DNA from: Geothrix sp.
GTDB lineage: Bacteria > Acidobacteriota > Holophagae > Holophagales > Holophagaceae
DNA: 40,000 nt
NCBI RefSeq assembly: GCF_030219325.1
Contig: NZ_CP126625.1
Location: 692,857 to 732,856, forward strand
Direction: 5' to 3'
Position 1 is the first letter of the stretch. Every line of letters begins with the position of its first letter. A program made the position numbers and the translations under genes. Positions 24,301 through 33,349 of the stretch are shown piece by piece. The notes beneath the pieces are model-generated. The model was not told where the DNA came from and made no database searches. It saw only the letters and a list, made by a program, of their open reading frames with translations.

Positions 24301-25131
24301 CTACAGCGTCTTCAGGATGGCGTCGCGCTTCTCCTGGTATTCGGCCTCGCTGAGGAGGTTCTCGTCGCGCAGCTTCTTCAGGGCGCGGAGGCGCTGGGCC
24401 TGGGCTTCGTAGAAGGCCTCGTCCCGCACGGCGGGGCCGGGGGCCGGGGCCGGAGCTGATGCCGCAGCGGCTTTGGGGGTGGCGGGCGCGGCCGGCGCCA
24501 CCGCGGCGGCCGGGGCCGGCACCACCGCGGCGGCCGGGACGGGGGCCGGAGCCAGGGGGAAGCTCAGCCAGTCGGCGCGGCGGCGGGTGGCTTGGGGGGC
24601 TTCGAGCGCCACGCCGGAGGCGGCGGTGCGCGAGCCGTAGGTGAAGGTGGGCAGGGTCCGGTCCGCCGAGTAGCGGTCCATGAAGGTCAGCCGGGCGTCG
24701 TGGACGATGAGGTTCAGGGCGCCGTCCGCCACGAAGAGCCGCGCGGTGAGGCCCACGGGCATCTCCATGAAGCCGCCGCCGCGCTTGTAGGTGCTGAGCA
24801 GGATCAGGTCGTGGCCGGGCCGGGCCAGGGCCAGGGCCTCGCGCAGGGGCCGGGCCAGGCCCTTCAGCTCATCCTTGGCGAAGAGGGGGATGCTCTGGCC
24901 CTCCACCGTGACCTGGACGGGGCCCAGGGCGGCCACCAGGGCCTCGTCGCCGAGGCTGGCGGGGTGGGCGTTGGCGGGGGCGCCGGGCTCGGCGGGCACC
25001 AGCTTCAGCCAGGTGAAGTTGGCGAGCCGCCACTGGGTCTGGTCCGGCTCCGAGGCCAGGGCGCTGGGCGGGACGAGGGCCAGCAACGCCGCGATCATCC
25101 ATCCCCTGCTGGTCGTCCCTGTGGTCCGCAT
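24301..25131 (-). CDS. Secreted protein with C-terminal SHOCT domain (paralogue 1)
   Basis: Start ATG 25131 with GGAGG. Signal peptide. Ala/Pro-rich linker. C-terminal LRALKKLRDENLLSEAEYQEKRDAILKTL is a SHOCT-type motif. Confidence 0.65.
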   Translation of the reverse strand: MRTTGTTSRGWMIAALLALVPPSALASEPDQTQWRLANFTWLKLVPAEPGAPANAHPASLGDEALVAALGPVQVTVEGQSIPLFAKDELKGLARPLREALALARPGHDLILLSTYKRGGGFMEMPVGLTARLFVADGALNLIVHDARLTFMDRYSADRTLPTFTYGSRTAASGVALEAPQATRRRADWLSFPLAPAPVPAAAVVPAPAAAVAPAAPATPKAAAASAPAPAPGPAVRDEAFYEAQAQRLRALKKLRDENLLSEAEYQEKRDAILKTL

Positions 25132-25189
25132 GCGTCCTCCCGGTGGCGACCAGGATAGCGCCACCCGGCCTCCAGCCGGATCCGGCCGC

Positions 25190-25978
25190 CTACAGGGCCT
25201 TGAGGATGGCCTCGCGCCGCTCCTGGTATTCGGCGTCGCTGATGAGGTTCTCCTCGCGGAGGCGCTTGAGGGTGCGCAGGCGCTGGGCCTTGGCCTGGTA
25301 GGCCGCGTCGTCGTCCGTCGCGGCGGGCGGGGCCGGGGGCCTGGGGGCGGTGGCGGCGACGGGTGCCGGGGGGACCGCCGCCGGGGCGGGCGGGGCCGCA
25401 GGCCCGGGGGCGGCCAGGGGGAGGGCCAGCCAGTCGGGGCGCAGACGCGCGGCGCCCGGGGCCTGCAGCACCTCCGGGGAGGCCTTGGCGCGGGCGCCGT
25501 AGGTGAAGCTGGGCTGGACGTTCATGGCCTGGTAGGCGATCAGGAACTCCAGTCGGGCGTCGTGGACGAGCAGGTGCAGGGCATCCCCCTGCACGAAGAG
25601 CCTGGCCGTCAGGCCCTCGGTCGGCTCCATGAGCCCGCCGCCGTGCCGGCAGGTGCTGAGCAGGAGGAGGTCCTCGCCGGGTCGGGCCTGGGCGAGGGCC
25701 TCGCTGAGGATCGGCGCCAGCTCCTTCAGCTCATCCCGGCCGAAGAGGGGGACCTGCTTCCGGTCCACCTGCACCTTCACCGGCGCCAGCAGGGCCCGCA
25801 GCGCCTCGGGGCTGAGCTGGGCGGGGTGGGCGCTGGGCGCGGCGCCGGGCTCGGCGGGCACGCGCTTCACCCAGGTGAAGGCAGCCGGCTGCCACAGGAC
25901 CTGGCTGTCCTGGGCCCGGACGGAGAGCAGGACCAGGGCCGGCAGCAGCAGCGTGAGCGTCCATCGCCTGAGTCGCAT
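25190..25978 (-). CDS. Secreted protein with C-terminal SHOCT domain (paralogue 2)
   Basis: Start ATG 25978 with GGAGG. Collinear similarity to 24301-25131 (FTW.K.VPAEPGA...HPA.L..EAL...PLF..DELK.LA..L.EALA.ARPG.DL.LLST...). The ORF-track extension to 26464 is rejected. Confidence 0.65.
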   Translation of the reverse strand: MRLRRWTLTLLLPALVLLSVRAQDSQVLWQPAAFTWVKRVPAEPGAAPSAHPAQLSPEALRALLAPVKVQVDRKQVPLFGRDELKELAPILSEALAQARPGEDLLLLSTCRHGGGLMEPTEGLTARLFVQGDALHLLVHDARLEFLIAYQAMNVQPSFTYGARAKASPEVLQAPGAARLRPDWLALPLAAPGPAAPPAPAAVPPAPVAATAPRPPAPPAATDDDAAYQAKAQRLRTLKRLREENLISDAEYQERREAILKAL

Positions 25979-26105
25979 GGAACTTCCTCCGGGCCTTCGT
26001 CCACCAGGATAGCGGGGCGGAGCCCCGGCTGCGCCCCGTGCGCCGTCACCCCCCGCGGACCCGCTATGCTGATCGATCCGGTCCCGGGACCGGTCGGGGA
26101 CGGGA

Positions 26106-26996
26106 ATGCTCAAGCGGCTTGGGTCCACCTTGAAGGGCAGCTTCGCCAGCTCGGTGCTGGCGGCCAACACCATCGCCATCTTCTCGGGCATGATCCCCTT
26201 CGCCCTGCTGAAGCTGGCGCTGCCCTTCGCGGCCGTGCGCCGGGTCGTGGACCGGGTGCTCATGGCCCTGGCCCAGAGCTGGGTGGGGGTGAACGGAGTC
26301 TGGATGGCCCTGGTGCAGCGCATCCGCTGGGACGTGCAGGGCCTCGAGGGCCTGCGCCGCCGGGGCTGGTACCTGGTGAGCAGCAACCACCAGAGCTGGG
26401 TGGACATCCTGGTGCTGCAGAAGGTGCTCCACCGGCGGGTGCCCTTCCTGAAGTTCTTCCTCAAGCGCCAGCTGCTCTACGTGCCGGTCATGGGCCTGGC
26501 CTGGTGGGCCCTGGACTTCCCCTTCATGAAGCGCCGCAGCGGCAGCCGCTCGGCGGACCTGGCCACGGCCCGCAAGGCCTGCGAGAAGTTCCGCCTGGTC
26601 CCCACGTCGGTGATGAACTTCCTGGAGGGCACGCGCTTCAGCCGCGCCAAGCACGACGCGCAGCAGTCCCCCTACCGGCACCTGCTGAAGCCGAAGGTGG
26701 GCGGTCTGGCCACGGCGCTCAGCGCCATGGGCGAGCGCTTCGACGCCCTGCTGGACGTCACCATCGTCTACCCCGGCGGCGTGCCCACCTTCTGGGACCT
26801 GCTCTCGGGCAAGGTGCGGCAGGTGGTGGTGCGGGTGCGCGAGCTGGAGATCCCGAAGGACCTGCTGGGCGGCGACTACGAGGGCGATCCCGCCTTCCGC
26901 GCGCGCATGCAGACCTGGGTGCAGGCCATGTGGGCCGACAAGGACGCCCGCATCGAGGAACTCGTCTCCCCCGGGCAGAGCCCCGCAGAGGCATGA
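26106..26996 (+). CDS. yihG: YihG-like lysophospholipid acyltransferase (PlsC family)
   Basis: WYLVSSNHQSWVDILVL (HX4D), FFLKRQLLYVPVMGLAWWALDFPFMKR, CEKFRLVPTSVMNFLEGTRF, LLKPKVGG. Closely parallels remembered E. coli YihG. Confidence 0.75.
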   Translation: MLKRLGSTLKGSFASSVLAANTIAIFSGMIPFALLKLALPFAAVRRVVDRVLMALAQSWVGVNGVWMALVQRIRWDVQGLEGLRRRGWYLVSSNHQSWVDILVLQKVLHRRVPFLKFFLKRQLLYVPVMGLAWWALDFPFMKRRSGSRSADLATARKACEKFRLVPTSVMNFLEGTRFSRAKHDAQQSPYRHLLKPKVGGLATALSAMGERFDALLDVTIVYPGGVPTFWDLLSGKVRQVVVRVRELEIPKDLLGGDYEGDPAFRARMQTWVQAMWADKDARIEELVSPGQSPAEA

Positions 26997-27066
26997 GGGA
27001 CTGCATCGGGAACCGAGAGGGATTGGGAGCTCGTCGTGGTGCTGGGCGGGAGTGAATGAAAGATTG

Positions 27067-27362
27067 GAACACCGATGAACACCGATAACTGCTGATGAAC
27101 ACAGATAAAGCACGCAGGTTGTTGGTTCATTCAGGAATGGTTGGGAGCGGGGCATCGTGGGCTATTACACGAAGGGGTCGTAGTGTTCGCCGCGCGGGCC
27201 CGCCGGAGGCGGCTTCCGGCCTGGCCGGAAGTGATCCCGAGGGCGCCTGGATCGCGTCCAAAAAGCGCGCCTCAGGCGCCCTCGGGGTACAGCCCGTGCG
27301 ATGCACGGACGCCCCATCTCGATCGGTGTTCATCATCTTTTATCGGTGTTCATCGGTGTTAA
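27067..27362. repeat. MITE-like repeat element, copy 2 (about 296 bp)
   Basis: GAACACCGATGAACACCGATAACTGCTGATGAACACAGATAAAG on the left, and CGATCGGTGTTCATCATCTTTTATCGGTGTTCATCGGTGTT on the right as an inverted repeat. The internal core is shared with 2357-2653, in the same orientation. Confidence 0.6.
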
Positions 27363-27408
27363 GCAGGTCTGCTTTTCAGCGACCGCCTTGTTCTGGTTTC
27401 ACCCAGGC

Positions 27409-29106
27409 TCAGCTCAGCATCAGGGTGCCGAAGGGGCTGCCCAGGAGGGGCGGCAGGCCGGCCTCCTTGAGCTCGTAGAGGCCCGCCATGCCGGCGTCGG
27501 GGTGGCGCCTGGCGCCGTCGGGGATGGCCAGCCCCTGGAAGCAGACGCGGGCGGCGAGGTTGGCGATGAGGGCCGCCTCGTCCTCCGCCTGGGCCTGCTC
27601 GGTGCGGAAGGCGCGAGCCACGACCTTGTGGTGGCGGAGGCGCTTGCGCAGTCGCGCGAGCAGGCCGGCGTAGGCCTCGAGCGGCAACGGGGCGCCCAGG
27701 CGGGTCAACCGGTCCAGGGTGGCGAAGGCGTGCAGCTGGGTCTGCACGGGCAGGGTGCTGCCGTGGCCGTCGCCCTGCAGGCGCTCATGGAGGACCTTGA
27801 ACGCCTCCAGGGCCGCTTTCAGGTGGGGCTTGGCGAAGCCCGCGGCATGGGCCAGGTGGGCGCCGAAGAGCAGCCGGGTGCCGCGGTCGCCCAGCTGGTA
27901 GGGGGCCTCCATGGCCGCCTCGAGCACGGTCTCGTAGGCCTGCCGGACGAACCGCTCCATGAGGATGCCCGGGGTGAAGTTGCGGATCCGGGCCGCGTGC
28001 GTGAGGGTGAGGACCAGGCGCACGAACTGGCCGTCGGCGATGCGGGTGTCCATCAGCAGTTCCGCCTGCACGCGGTGGACGGCCTCGAACAGGTGGGTGC
28101 GCCCTTCGGCCTGGCCCTCGTCCCCGGCCAGTCCGCCGTCGGCGAGGAAGAGGTCCGCCGCGTAGGGCAGGTGCCAGCCGGAGGCGGCCACGGAGCTGGG
28201 CACCAGGGGCCGCATGCGGGCCACCAGGGCATTCAGCCGCTCGCGGTTGCACCACAGGTAGGCGCGCTTGGGCTCGTCGCGCGAGGCCCGGAGCAGGCGC
28301 ACGAGGAACGCGATCTTCGCCCGCAGGGAGCGCAGCTCGGAAAAGACGGACACCCGGTCATAGGCCTCCAGCAGGTGCTCGTATTCCGACACCAGGGCCG
28401 AGGGCCGCCCGCCCCGGGCCATGCCCTCCAGGAGGTGGGACAGGAGGCTGGCGGGGTCTTCGCGGAAGTGGGAGGAGCTGGCGCTGCGGTGGGTGAGCGG
28501 CCCGAAGGCCGTCTGGAGGGCCGCCTCGAAGGCCTCCATCACGGGGGCCTCGGGCAGGGCCGCCTCGCCGGCCGGCGTGAGGGTGTAGAAGCCCCCGGGC
28601 TCCACGTGGGTGCCGGGCGGGGCCTGCTTCTGGATGGTGTCGATCTCGCGGTCGGTGTCGGCCAGGCGGTCCAGGCACTCGCGGCCCTCCACCTGGATGT
28701 ACTCCTGGATGCGGTCGAGGTGGGCGGGGATCTGGTCCAGGTCCTTCACGCCGCGGACCTGGATCTTCAGAAGCTCGAGGAGGTCCAGGAGGCGCACCAC
28801 GTCGGGATCGTCCGGCCCCGGGGGCGGCGGGACCCCCACGCCCAGCAGGCCCGCGAAGCGCGACCGGGGCGCCATGCGGCGGTGGAGGCGCTCGGCGCAG
28901 CCCCGGGCCTCCAGGATGTGGCGGTGGGTCTCCTGCAGGGCCTCGTACCGGGATTCCAGGCTGACCTGCTTGGGCCGCTCGTCCTTCTGGATCAGTCCCC
29001 GGGCCAGCAGCTCGTCCAGGGCTTCGCCGCCGATGGCCTCCAGGCGCACCGTCTCGGTGGCGGCCAGGGTCTGCAGGCAGTCGAGCCAGGTCGGGGCGGG
29101 TTCCAT
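27409..29106 (-). CDS. Large hypothetical helical protein (about 565 aa), no family recognised
   Basis: Long GC3-rich ORF with balanced composition. Start probably ATG 29106 (MEPAPTWLDCLQ); the ORF-track start is 29178. The antisense 684-aa ORF is Gly/Arg/Ala-rich and rejected. Confidence 0.55.
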   Translation of the reverse strand: MEPAPTWLDCLQTLAATETVRLEAIGGEALDELLARGLIQKDERPKQVSLESRYEALQETHRHILEARGCAERLHRRMAPRSRFAGLLGVGVPPPPGPDDPDVVRLLDLLELLKIQVRGVKDLDQIPAHLDRIQEYIQVEGRECLDRLADTDREIDTIQKQAPPGTHVEPGGFYTLTPAGEAALPEAPVMEAFEAALQTAFGPLTHRSASSSHFREDPASLLSHLLEGMARGGRPSALVSEYEHLLEAYDRVSVFSELRSLRAKIAFLVRLLRASRDEPKRAYLWCNRERLNALVARMRPLVPSSVAASGWHLPYAADLFLADGGLAGDEGQAEGRTHLFEAVHRVQAELLMDTRIADGQFVRLVLTLTHAARIRNFTPGILMERFVRQAYETVLEAAMEAPYQLGDRGTRLLFGAHLAHAAGFAKPHLKAALEAFKVLHERLQGDGHGSTLPVQTQLHAFATLDRLTRLGAPLPLEAYAGLLARLRKRLRHHKVVARAFRTEQAQAEDEAALIANLAARVCFQGLAIPDGARRHPDAGMAGLYELKEAGLPPLLGSPFGTLMLS

Positions 29107-29299
29107 GGGGGGCGGGTCGGTTCCAGGCAGGCGCCACGGGCGCTGGCATGTCATCGGCCCGCGGGCAAAGAAACCCAAGAACGGGACTTTGGGGCCTGGA
29201 ACTTGGGAGATGGCCTATCCGTGGCTTCATGGGCCGGAATAGTGGAACGCAGAGGACGCCAGGCGTCGCAGGGGACACAAAGAAAAGGCCAAAAAGGGG

Positions 29300-29532
29300 A
29301 ACCACCGATGAACACCGCAACGGGGATTGATGGAAAAGCCTTTTGCCGGAGATGAACGGAGATGGACGGTGATGGGGCCGTTTGTCACGCAGCATGGGCT
29401 CCACCCAGGGGCGCCGCCACCGAGCCTGTTGGGAGCTCGGCGGCGGTGCCCCTGGGTGACTTCCGGCTGGGCCGGAAGCCGCCGAAGGCGGGCCCATGCG
29501 GGGAATGCCCTGCTTTATCGCCGTTCATCTCC
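29300..29532. repeat. Degenerate MITE-like element, copy 3
   Basis: AACCACCGATGAACACCGCAA on the left. GGAGATGAACGGAGAT (29349-) pairs with ATCGCCGTTCATCTCC (29517-29532). An internal CTTCCGGCTGGGCCGGAAG hairpin is homologous to copies 1 and 2. Confidence 0.4.
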
Positions 29533-29651
29533 GGCTGAAATCAGTCGGCTCTTCCTCTGTGTCCTCTGTGTTCCTCCGTTGATCTGGATGAGCCCCAAAG
29601 AAAACGGACCCAGCCATCGGGCCAGGTCCGCGCTTTGGATCGGGATGGTGC

Positions 29652-30752
29652 CTACCCGTTGGTCTTGACGAACTGCTCCATGAAGTCCACGAGGGTCTTC
29701 ACGTTGTCGACGGTGACGGCGTTGTAGGTGCTGACGCGGATGCCGCCGATGTCGCGGTAGCCCTTCAGGCCCACCATGCCGGCCTTCTTGGCCTCCTTCA
29801 CGAACTGGTCGTCCAGCTCGGGGGTGGGCAGGAAGAAGTCCACGTTCATGAGGCTGCGGTGGCTCTTCTCGGTGACGAAGCCTTTGTAGAAGCCCGCGTG
29901 CTTGTCGATGCAGCCGTAGAGCAGCTCGCCCTTCTGGCGGTTGGCGGCCTCGATGGCCTTCAGGCCGCCCAGGCTCTTGTTGTAGGCCAGGACGTTGCGC
30001 AGGATGTAGATGCCAAATGTAGGCGGGGTGTTGTAGAGCGAGTTCTTCTCGGCGTGCAGCTTGAAACGCAGGTAGCTGGGCAGGTCCTGGGCCTCGCACA
30101 TCTCGAGGAAGTCCTCGCGGATGATGGTGAGCGTGACACCCGAGGGGCCCAGGTTCTTCTGGGCGCCGCCGTAGATGAGGCCGAAGGGGCTCACGTCGAA
30201 GGGACGCCACATGAAGTCGGAGCTCATGTCGCAGACGTAGGGCACGTTGCCGACCTTGGGGAACTCCTGCCACTGCGTGCCTTCCACGGTGTTGTTGGAC
30301 GTGAAGTGCACGAAGGAGCTGTCGGCGCCGACCTTGATCTCGCTGTCGAAGGGCAGGCGGCTGAACTTCTGCTCCTTGGTGCTGGCGGCCACGCGGACGT
30401 TGTCGCCGGCCACGAGCTTGGCTTCCTTGGTGGCCTTCTCGGCCCAGTTGCCCGTGACGATGTAGTCGGCCTTGCGGCCGGCGCGCAGCAGGTTGAGGGG
30501 GATCATGCCGAAGCTGAGGTGCGCGCCGCCCTGGAGCATGAGCACCTTGTAGTTGTCGGGGATGCCCATCAGCTCCTTGGTGAGGGCGATGGCCTCCTCG
30601 TGCACCGCGTCGTATTCCTTCGAGCGGTGGCTGATCTCCATGACGGACATGCCCGTGCCGGCGAAGTCCAGCAGCTCTTCCTTGGCGCGTTCGAGGGCGG
30701 GCAGGGGCAGGCCGGCGGGGCCGGCGTAGAAGTTGATCGCGCGATGGGTCAT
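29652..30752 (-). CDS. serC: Phosphoserine aminotransferase
   Basis: MTHRAINFYAGPAGLP...MSVMEISHRSKEY...NYKVLMLQGGA...GAQKNLGPSGVT..., canonical SerC. Start ATG 30752 with GGAGG. Confidence 0.9.
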   Translation of the reverse strand: MTHRAINFYAGPAGLPLPALERAKEELLDFAGTGMSVMEISHRSKEYDAVHEEAIALTKELMGIPDNYKVLMLQGGAHLSFGMIPLNLLRAGRKADYIVTGNWAEKATKEAKLVAGDNVRVAASTKEQKFSRLPFDSEIKVGADSSFVHFTSNNTVEGTQWQEFPKVGNVPYVCDMSSDFMWRPFDVSPFGLIYGGAQKNLGPSGVTLTIIREDFLEMCEAQDLPSYLRFKLHAEKNSLYNTPPTFGIYILRNVLAYNKSLGGLKAIEAANRQKGELLYGCIDKHAGFYKGFVTEKSHRSLMNVDFFLPTPELDDQFVKEAKKAGMVGLKGYRDIGGIRVSTYNAVTVDNVKTLVDFMEQFVKTNG

Positions 30753-30773
30753 GGGAACCTCCAAAAAAAACGT

Positions 30774-30799
30774 AACCGCGAATTTCGCGAATGGGCGCG
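30774..30799. repeat. Left arm of 26-bp inverted repeat bracketing the GxxExxY gene
   Basis: AACCGCGAATTTCGCGAATGGGCGCG. Its reverse complement matches 31189-31214 at 24 of 26 positions. Confidence 0.7.
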
Positions 30800-30807
30800 A
30801 AACAGGA

Positions 30808-31206
30808 TCAGGTGCTTAGGATCAAGCGCATCCAATCCAATTTGGGGGCTCCAAAATTGGCCAGGATGGCGAGGGCATGGCCTGTGGCCTTCAGGTAGTG
30901 GAGGGCCTGGGCCCGTTCTGGATCGCCGAGGGCCTTGATGGCCTTCAGCTCGAGGATGATTTGACCATAAACCAGGAAGTCCGCCCGGTAGGTATGAGAC
31001 AGGATTTCCCCTTTGTAATTCAATGCGATGGGGATTTCCCGCAGGAATGGGATGCCGCGACGACTGAGCTCGAGGGCCATGGCGTCCGCATAGACGGCCT
31101 CCAAGAACCCATGGCCAAGCACGGAATGGACCTCCATGGCGGCACCCACGATGGCAAACGCCTCGTCCTTGAACAGGAGATCTTCCTTCGCGCCCATTCG
31201 CGTCAT
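30808..31206 (-). CDS. GxxExxY (PD-(D/E)XK-like) family protein
   Basis: AFAIVGAAMEVHSVLGHGFLEAVYADAMALELSRRGIPF..E......YKG...YRADFLVYGQIILELKA matches the GxxExxY family pattern (GFLEAVY). Confidence 0.8.
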   Translation of the reverse strand: MTRMGAKEDLLFKDEAFAIVGAAMEVHSVLGHGFLEAVYADAMALELSRRGIPFLREIPIALNYKGEILSHTYRADFLVYGQIILELKAIKALGDPERAQALHYLKATGHALAILANFGAPKLDWMRLILST

Positions 31207-31214
31207 TCGCGGTT
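31189..31214. repeat. Right arm of the inverted repeat (overlaps the GxxExxY start codon region)
   Basis: CGCGCCCATTCGCGTCATTCGCGGTT. Confidence 0.7.
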
Positions 31215-32087
31215 TCAGCCTTTAAAATCCTGAAGAATCAGAACGACCTCATCGCCGATGCGGCCGAGGTTCTCCTTGGAGCTGGCGCCCAGGTGGGGGG
31301 CCATGAAGACGTTGGGGGCGGTGAGCAGCGGGCAGTCCGCCGGCGGCGGATCGCTGGGCCACACGTCGGTGCCGTAGGCGCGGAGCTTGCCGCTGGCGAG
31401 GGCGGCTGCCACGTCCGCATCCACGATGCACTTGCCCCGGCCGGTGTTGATGAGGATGAGGCCGTCCTTGGCCTTGGCCAGGAAGTCGGCGTTGATCATG
31501 CCGCGGGTCTCATCCGTGAGGGGCAGGTGCATGCTGATGACGTCGGCCTTGGCGGCCAGCTCGTCGAGGCCCACGAGCCGCGCGATGGGGTGCTCCTTCA
31601 GGTAGGGATCGTAGGCGATCACCTCCATGCCGAAGGCCTGGGCGCGCTTGGCCACTTCCGTGGCGATGTTGCCGGCGCCGATGAGGCCCAGGGTCTTCTT
31701 GAAGAGCTCGGTGCGCTTCAGCTCGCTCTTGAGGAACTTGCCCTCCTTCATGGAGGTGTGGGCCTCGATGAGGCGCGCGGGGATGGCCACCATGAAGGCC
31801 ATGGCCATCTCCGCCACGGCCACGCTGCTGGCCCGGGGGGTGTTGACGGCCTTGATGCCCTTCTCGGCGCAGAGCTTCTTGTCCACGTTGTCCATGCCCA
31901 CGCCGCCCCGGATGACGAGCTTGAGGTTGGGGGCCTTGGCCACGAGGTCGGCATCGACCTTGGTCTTGGAACGGACGAGGAGCGCGGTGGCCTGGCCCAG
32001 AGTGGCCATGTCGGAGCTGACGGTGCCGAAGGGGGCGAGGCGCTCCGGCAGCTTGGCGTCAAAGGCATCGGCGATGAGGATGTGCAT
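31215..32087 (-). CDS. serA: D-3-phosphoglycerate dehydrogenase (short form) / D-2-hydroxyacid dehydrogenase
   Basis: MHILIADAF..., LGLIGAGNIATEVAKRAQAFGMEV (NAD fold), INTGRG..VD..AL, HLGASSKE. Context is between serC and DUF1015. Start ATG 32087 with GGAG. Confidence 0.8.
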   Translation of the reverse strand: MHILIADAFDAKLPERLAPFGTVSSDMATLGQATALLVRSKTKVDADLVAKAPNLKLVIRGGVGMDNVDKKLCAEKGIKAVNTPRASSVAVAEMAMAFMVAIPARLIEAHTSMKEGKFLKSELKRTELFKKTLGLIGAGNIATEVAKRAQAFGMEVIAYDPYLKEHPIARLVGLDELAAKADVISMHLPLTDETRGMINADFLAKAKDGLILINTGRGKCIVDADVAAALASGKLRAYGTDVWPSDPPPADCPLLTAPNVFMAPHLGASSKENLGRIGDEVVLILQDFKG

Positions 32088-32098
32088 GGGATCTCCGT

Positions 32099-33349
32099 TC
32101 AGCCTTCGTACATCCGGACCAGCAGTCCGGAGCGCAGCTTGGGTTCGAACCAGGTGGACTTGGGCGGCATGACCTCGCCGGCGTCGGCCACGGACATGAG
32201 CTGGGTGAGGGAGGTGGGATACACGGAGAAGGCCACGGCGCAGCCTTCCTTCACGCGGCGCTCCAGCTCGTCCATGCCGCGGATGCCGCCCACGAAGTCG
32301 ATGCGGGTGTTGGTGCGGGGATCGTCGATGCCGAGGATCGGGTTCAGCAGGTTCTCCTGCAGGATGCTGACGTCCAGGCCGCGCACGGGATCGCTGGCGG
32401 GGAAGCTGCCGGGCTTGGCCTTGAGCTCGTACCAGGTGCCACCGAGATACATGCCGAAGGTGGTGGGCGCCTGGGCGGCGCGGTGGGTGGACACGGCCAC
32501 GTCGAACGTCTCCCGCACCTTCTCCAGGAAGGCTTCCTGGCTGAGGCCGTTGAGGTCCTTCACCACGCGGTTGTAGTCCATGATCTTCAGCTGGTCGTGG
32601 GGGAAGACCACGGCCATGAAGCTCTCCCAGGGCTCGTCGCCGTCCAGGGCCTCGCCCCTGAGCTGGGCCTCGGCGCGGCAGTACTGCCCGTACCGGATGG
32701 CGGCGGCGGTGCGGTGGTGGCCGTCGGCGATGTAGAGGGCCTCCACGCCGTTGAAGAGGTGCACCAGTTCGTAGACCACGGTCTCGCCCGACACGACCCA
32801 CACGGTGTGGCCGATGCCATCCGGGGTGACCACGTCATAGACGGGCACCTGCTTGCGGATGTCGTTCACGATGTGGTCGATGTAGGGCACGGCCTTGTAG
32901 GTGAGGAAGACGGGCTCGGCGTTGGCGGCCTGCTCGGTGACGTGGCGGGTGCGGTCGTCTTCCTTGTCCTTGCGGGTGAACTCGTGGCGCTTGATGAGGC
33001 CGGTCTCGTACTCCTCCACGGAGCAGAGGCCCACCAGGCCGGCCTGCACGTGGTCGCCCATCTTCTGCTGGTAGACGTAGAGGCAGGGCGTGTTCTCGTG
33101 GAACAGGGTGCCGCTCTCGATGAGCCCGCGCAGGTTCGACACGCCCTTGGCGTAGACCTCGTCGGCATGCACGTCGATGCCCGCGGGCAGGTCGATCTCG
33201 GGGCGGCCTACGTGGAGGAAGGAGTGGGGGTTCCCCTTGGCCAGCTCGGCGGCCTCCTGGGTGTTCACCACGTCGTAGGGAACGGCGGCCACCTGGGCGG
33301 CCAGTTCGGGCCGGGGGCGGTACGCGCGGAAGGGCTTCAGCTGGGACAT
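32099..33349 (-). CDS. DUF1015 family protein
   Basis: MSQLKPFRAYRPRPELAAQVAAVPYDVV...NPHSFLHV..PE..., IADGHHR: characteristic DUF1015 motifs. Start ATG 33349. Confidence 0.8.
   Translation of the reverse strand: MSQLKPFRAYRPRPELAAQVAAVPYDVVNTQEAAELAKGNPHSFLHVGRPEIDLPAGIDVHADEVYAKGVSNLRGLIESGTLFHENTPCLYVYQQKMGDHVQAGLVGLCSVEEYETGLIKRHEFTRKDKEDDRTRHVTEQAANAEPVFLTYKAVPYIDHIVNDIRKQVPVYDVVTPDGIGHTVWVVSGETVVYELVHLFNGVEALYIADGHHRTAAAIRYGQYCRAEAQLRGEALDGDEPWESFMAVVFPHDQLKIMDYNRVVKDLNGLSQEAFLEKVRETFDVAVSTHRAAQAPTTFGMYLGGTWYELKAKPGSFPASDPVRGLDVSILQENLLNPILGIDDPRTNTRIDFVGGIRGMDELERRVKEGCAVAFSVYPTSLTQLMSVADAGEVMPPKSTWFEPKLRSGLLVRMYEG

Noticed and set aside
24791-27055. 754-aa plus-strand ORF spanning the SHOCT paralogues and the acyltransferase gene
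   Set aside because: Same high-GC artefact composition. It overlaps three better-supported genes with RBSs and recognisable domains.
27127-27336. 69-aa ORF (MMNTDRDG...) inside MITE-like copy 2, with a similar peptide in copy 1
   Set aside because: In copy 1 the equivalent frame is broken by a stop and a frame change. The MNTD peptide is just the translation of the repeated ATGAACACCGAT unit. The similarity is explained at the nucleotide level.
27301-29355. 684-aa plus-strand ORF antisense to the orphan gene of about 565 aa. The same pattern applies to 5544-7139, 35674-37371 and 37163-38809
   Set aside because: Gly/Ala/Arg/Leu-dominated translations without motifs. In the other three cases the opposite-strand genes carry recognisable families (DinB, SRPBCC, Sel1/TonB_C, CNNM). 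For 27409-29106 the minus frame has the more protein-like composition, but its coding status is still only moderate confidence.
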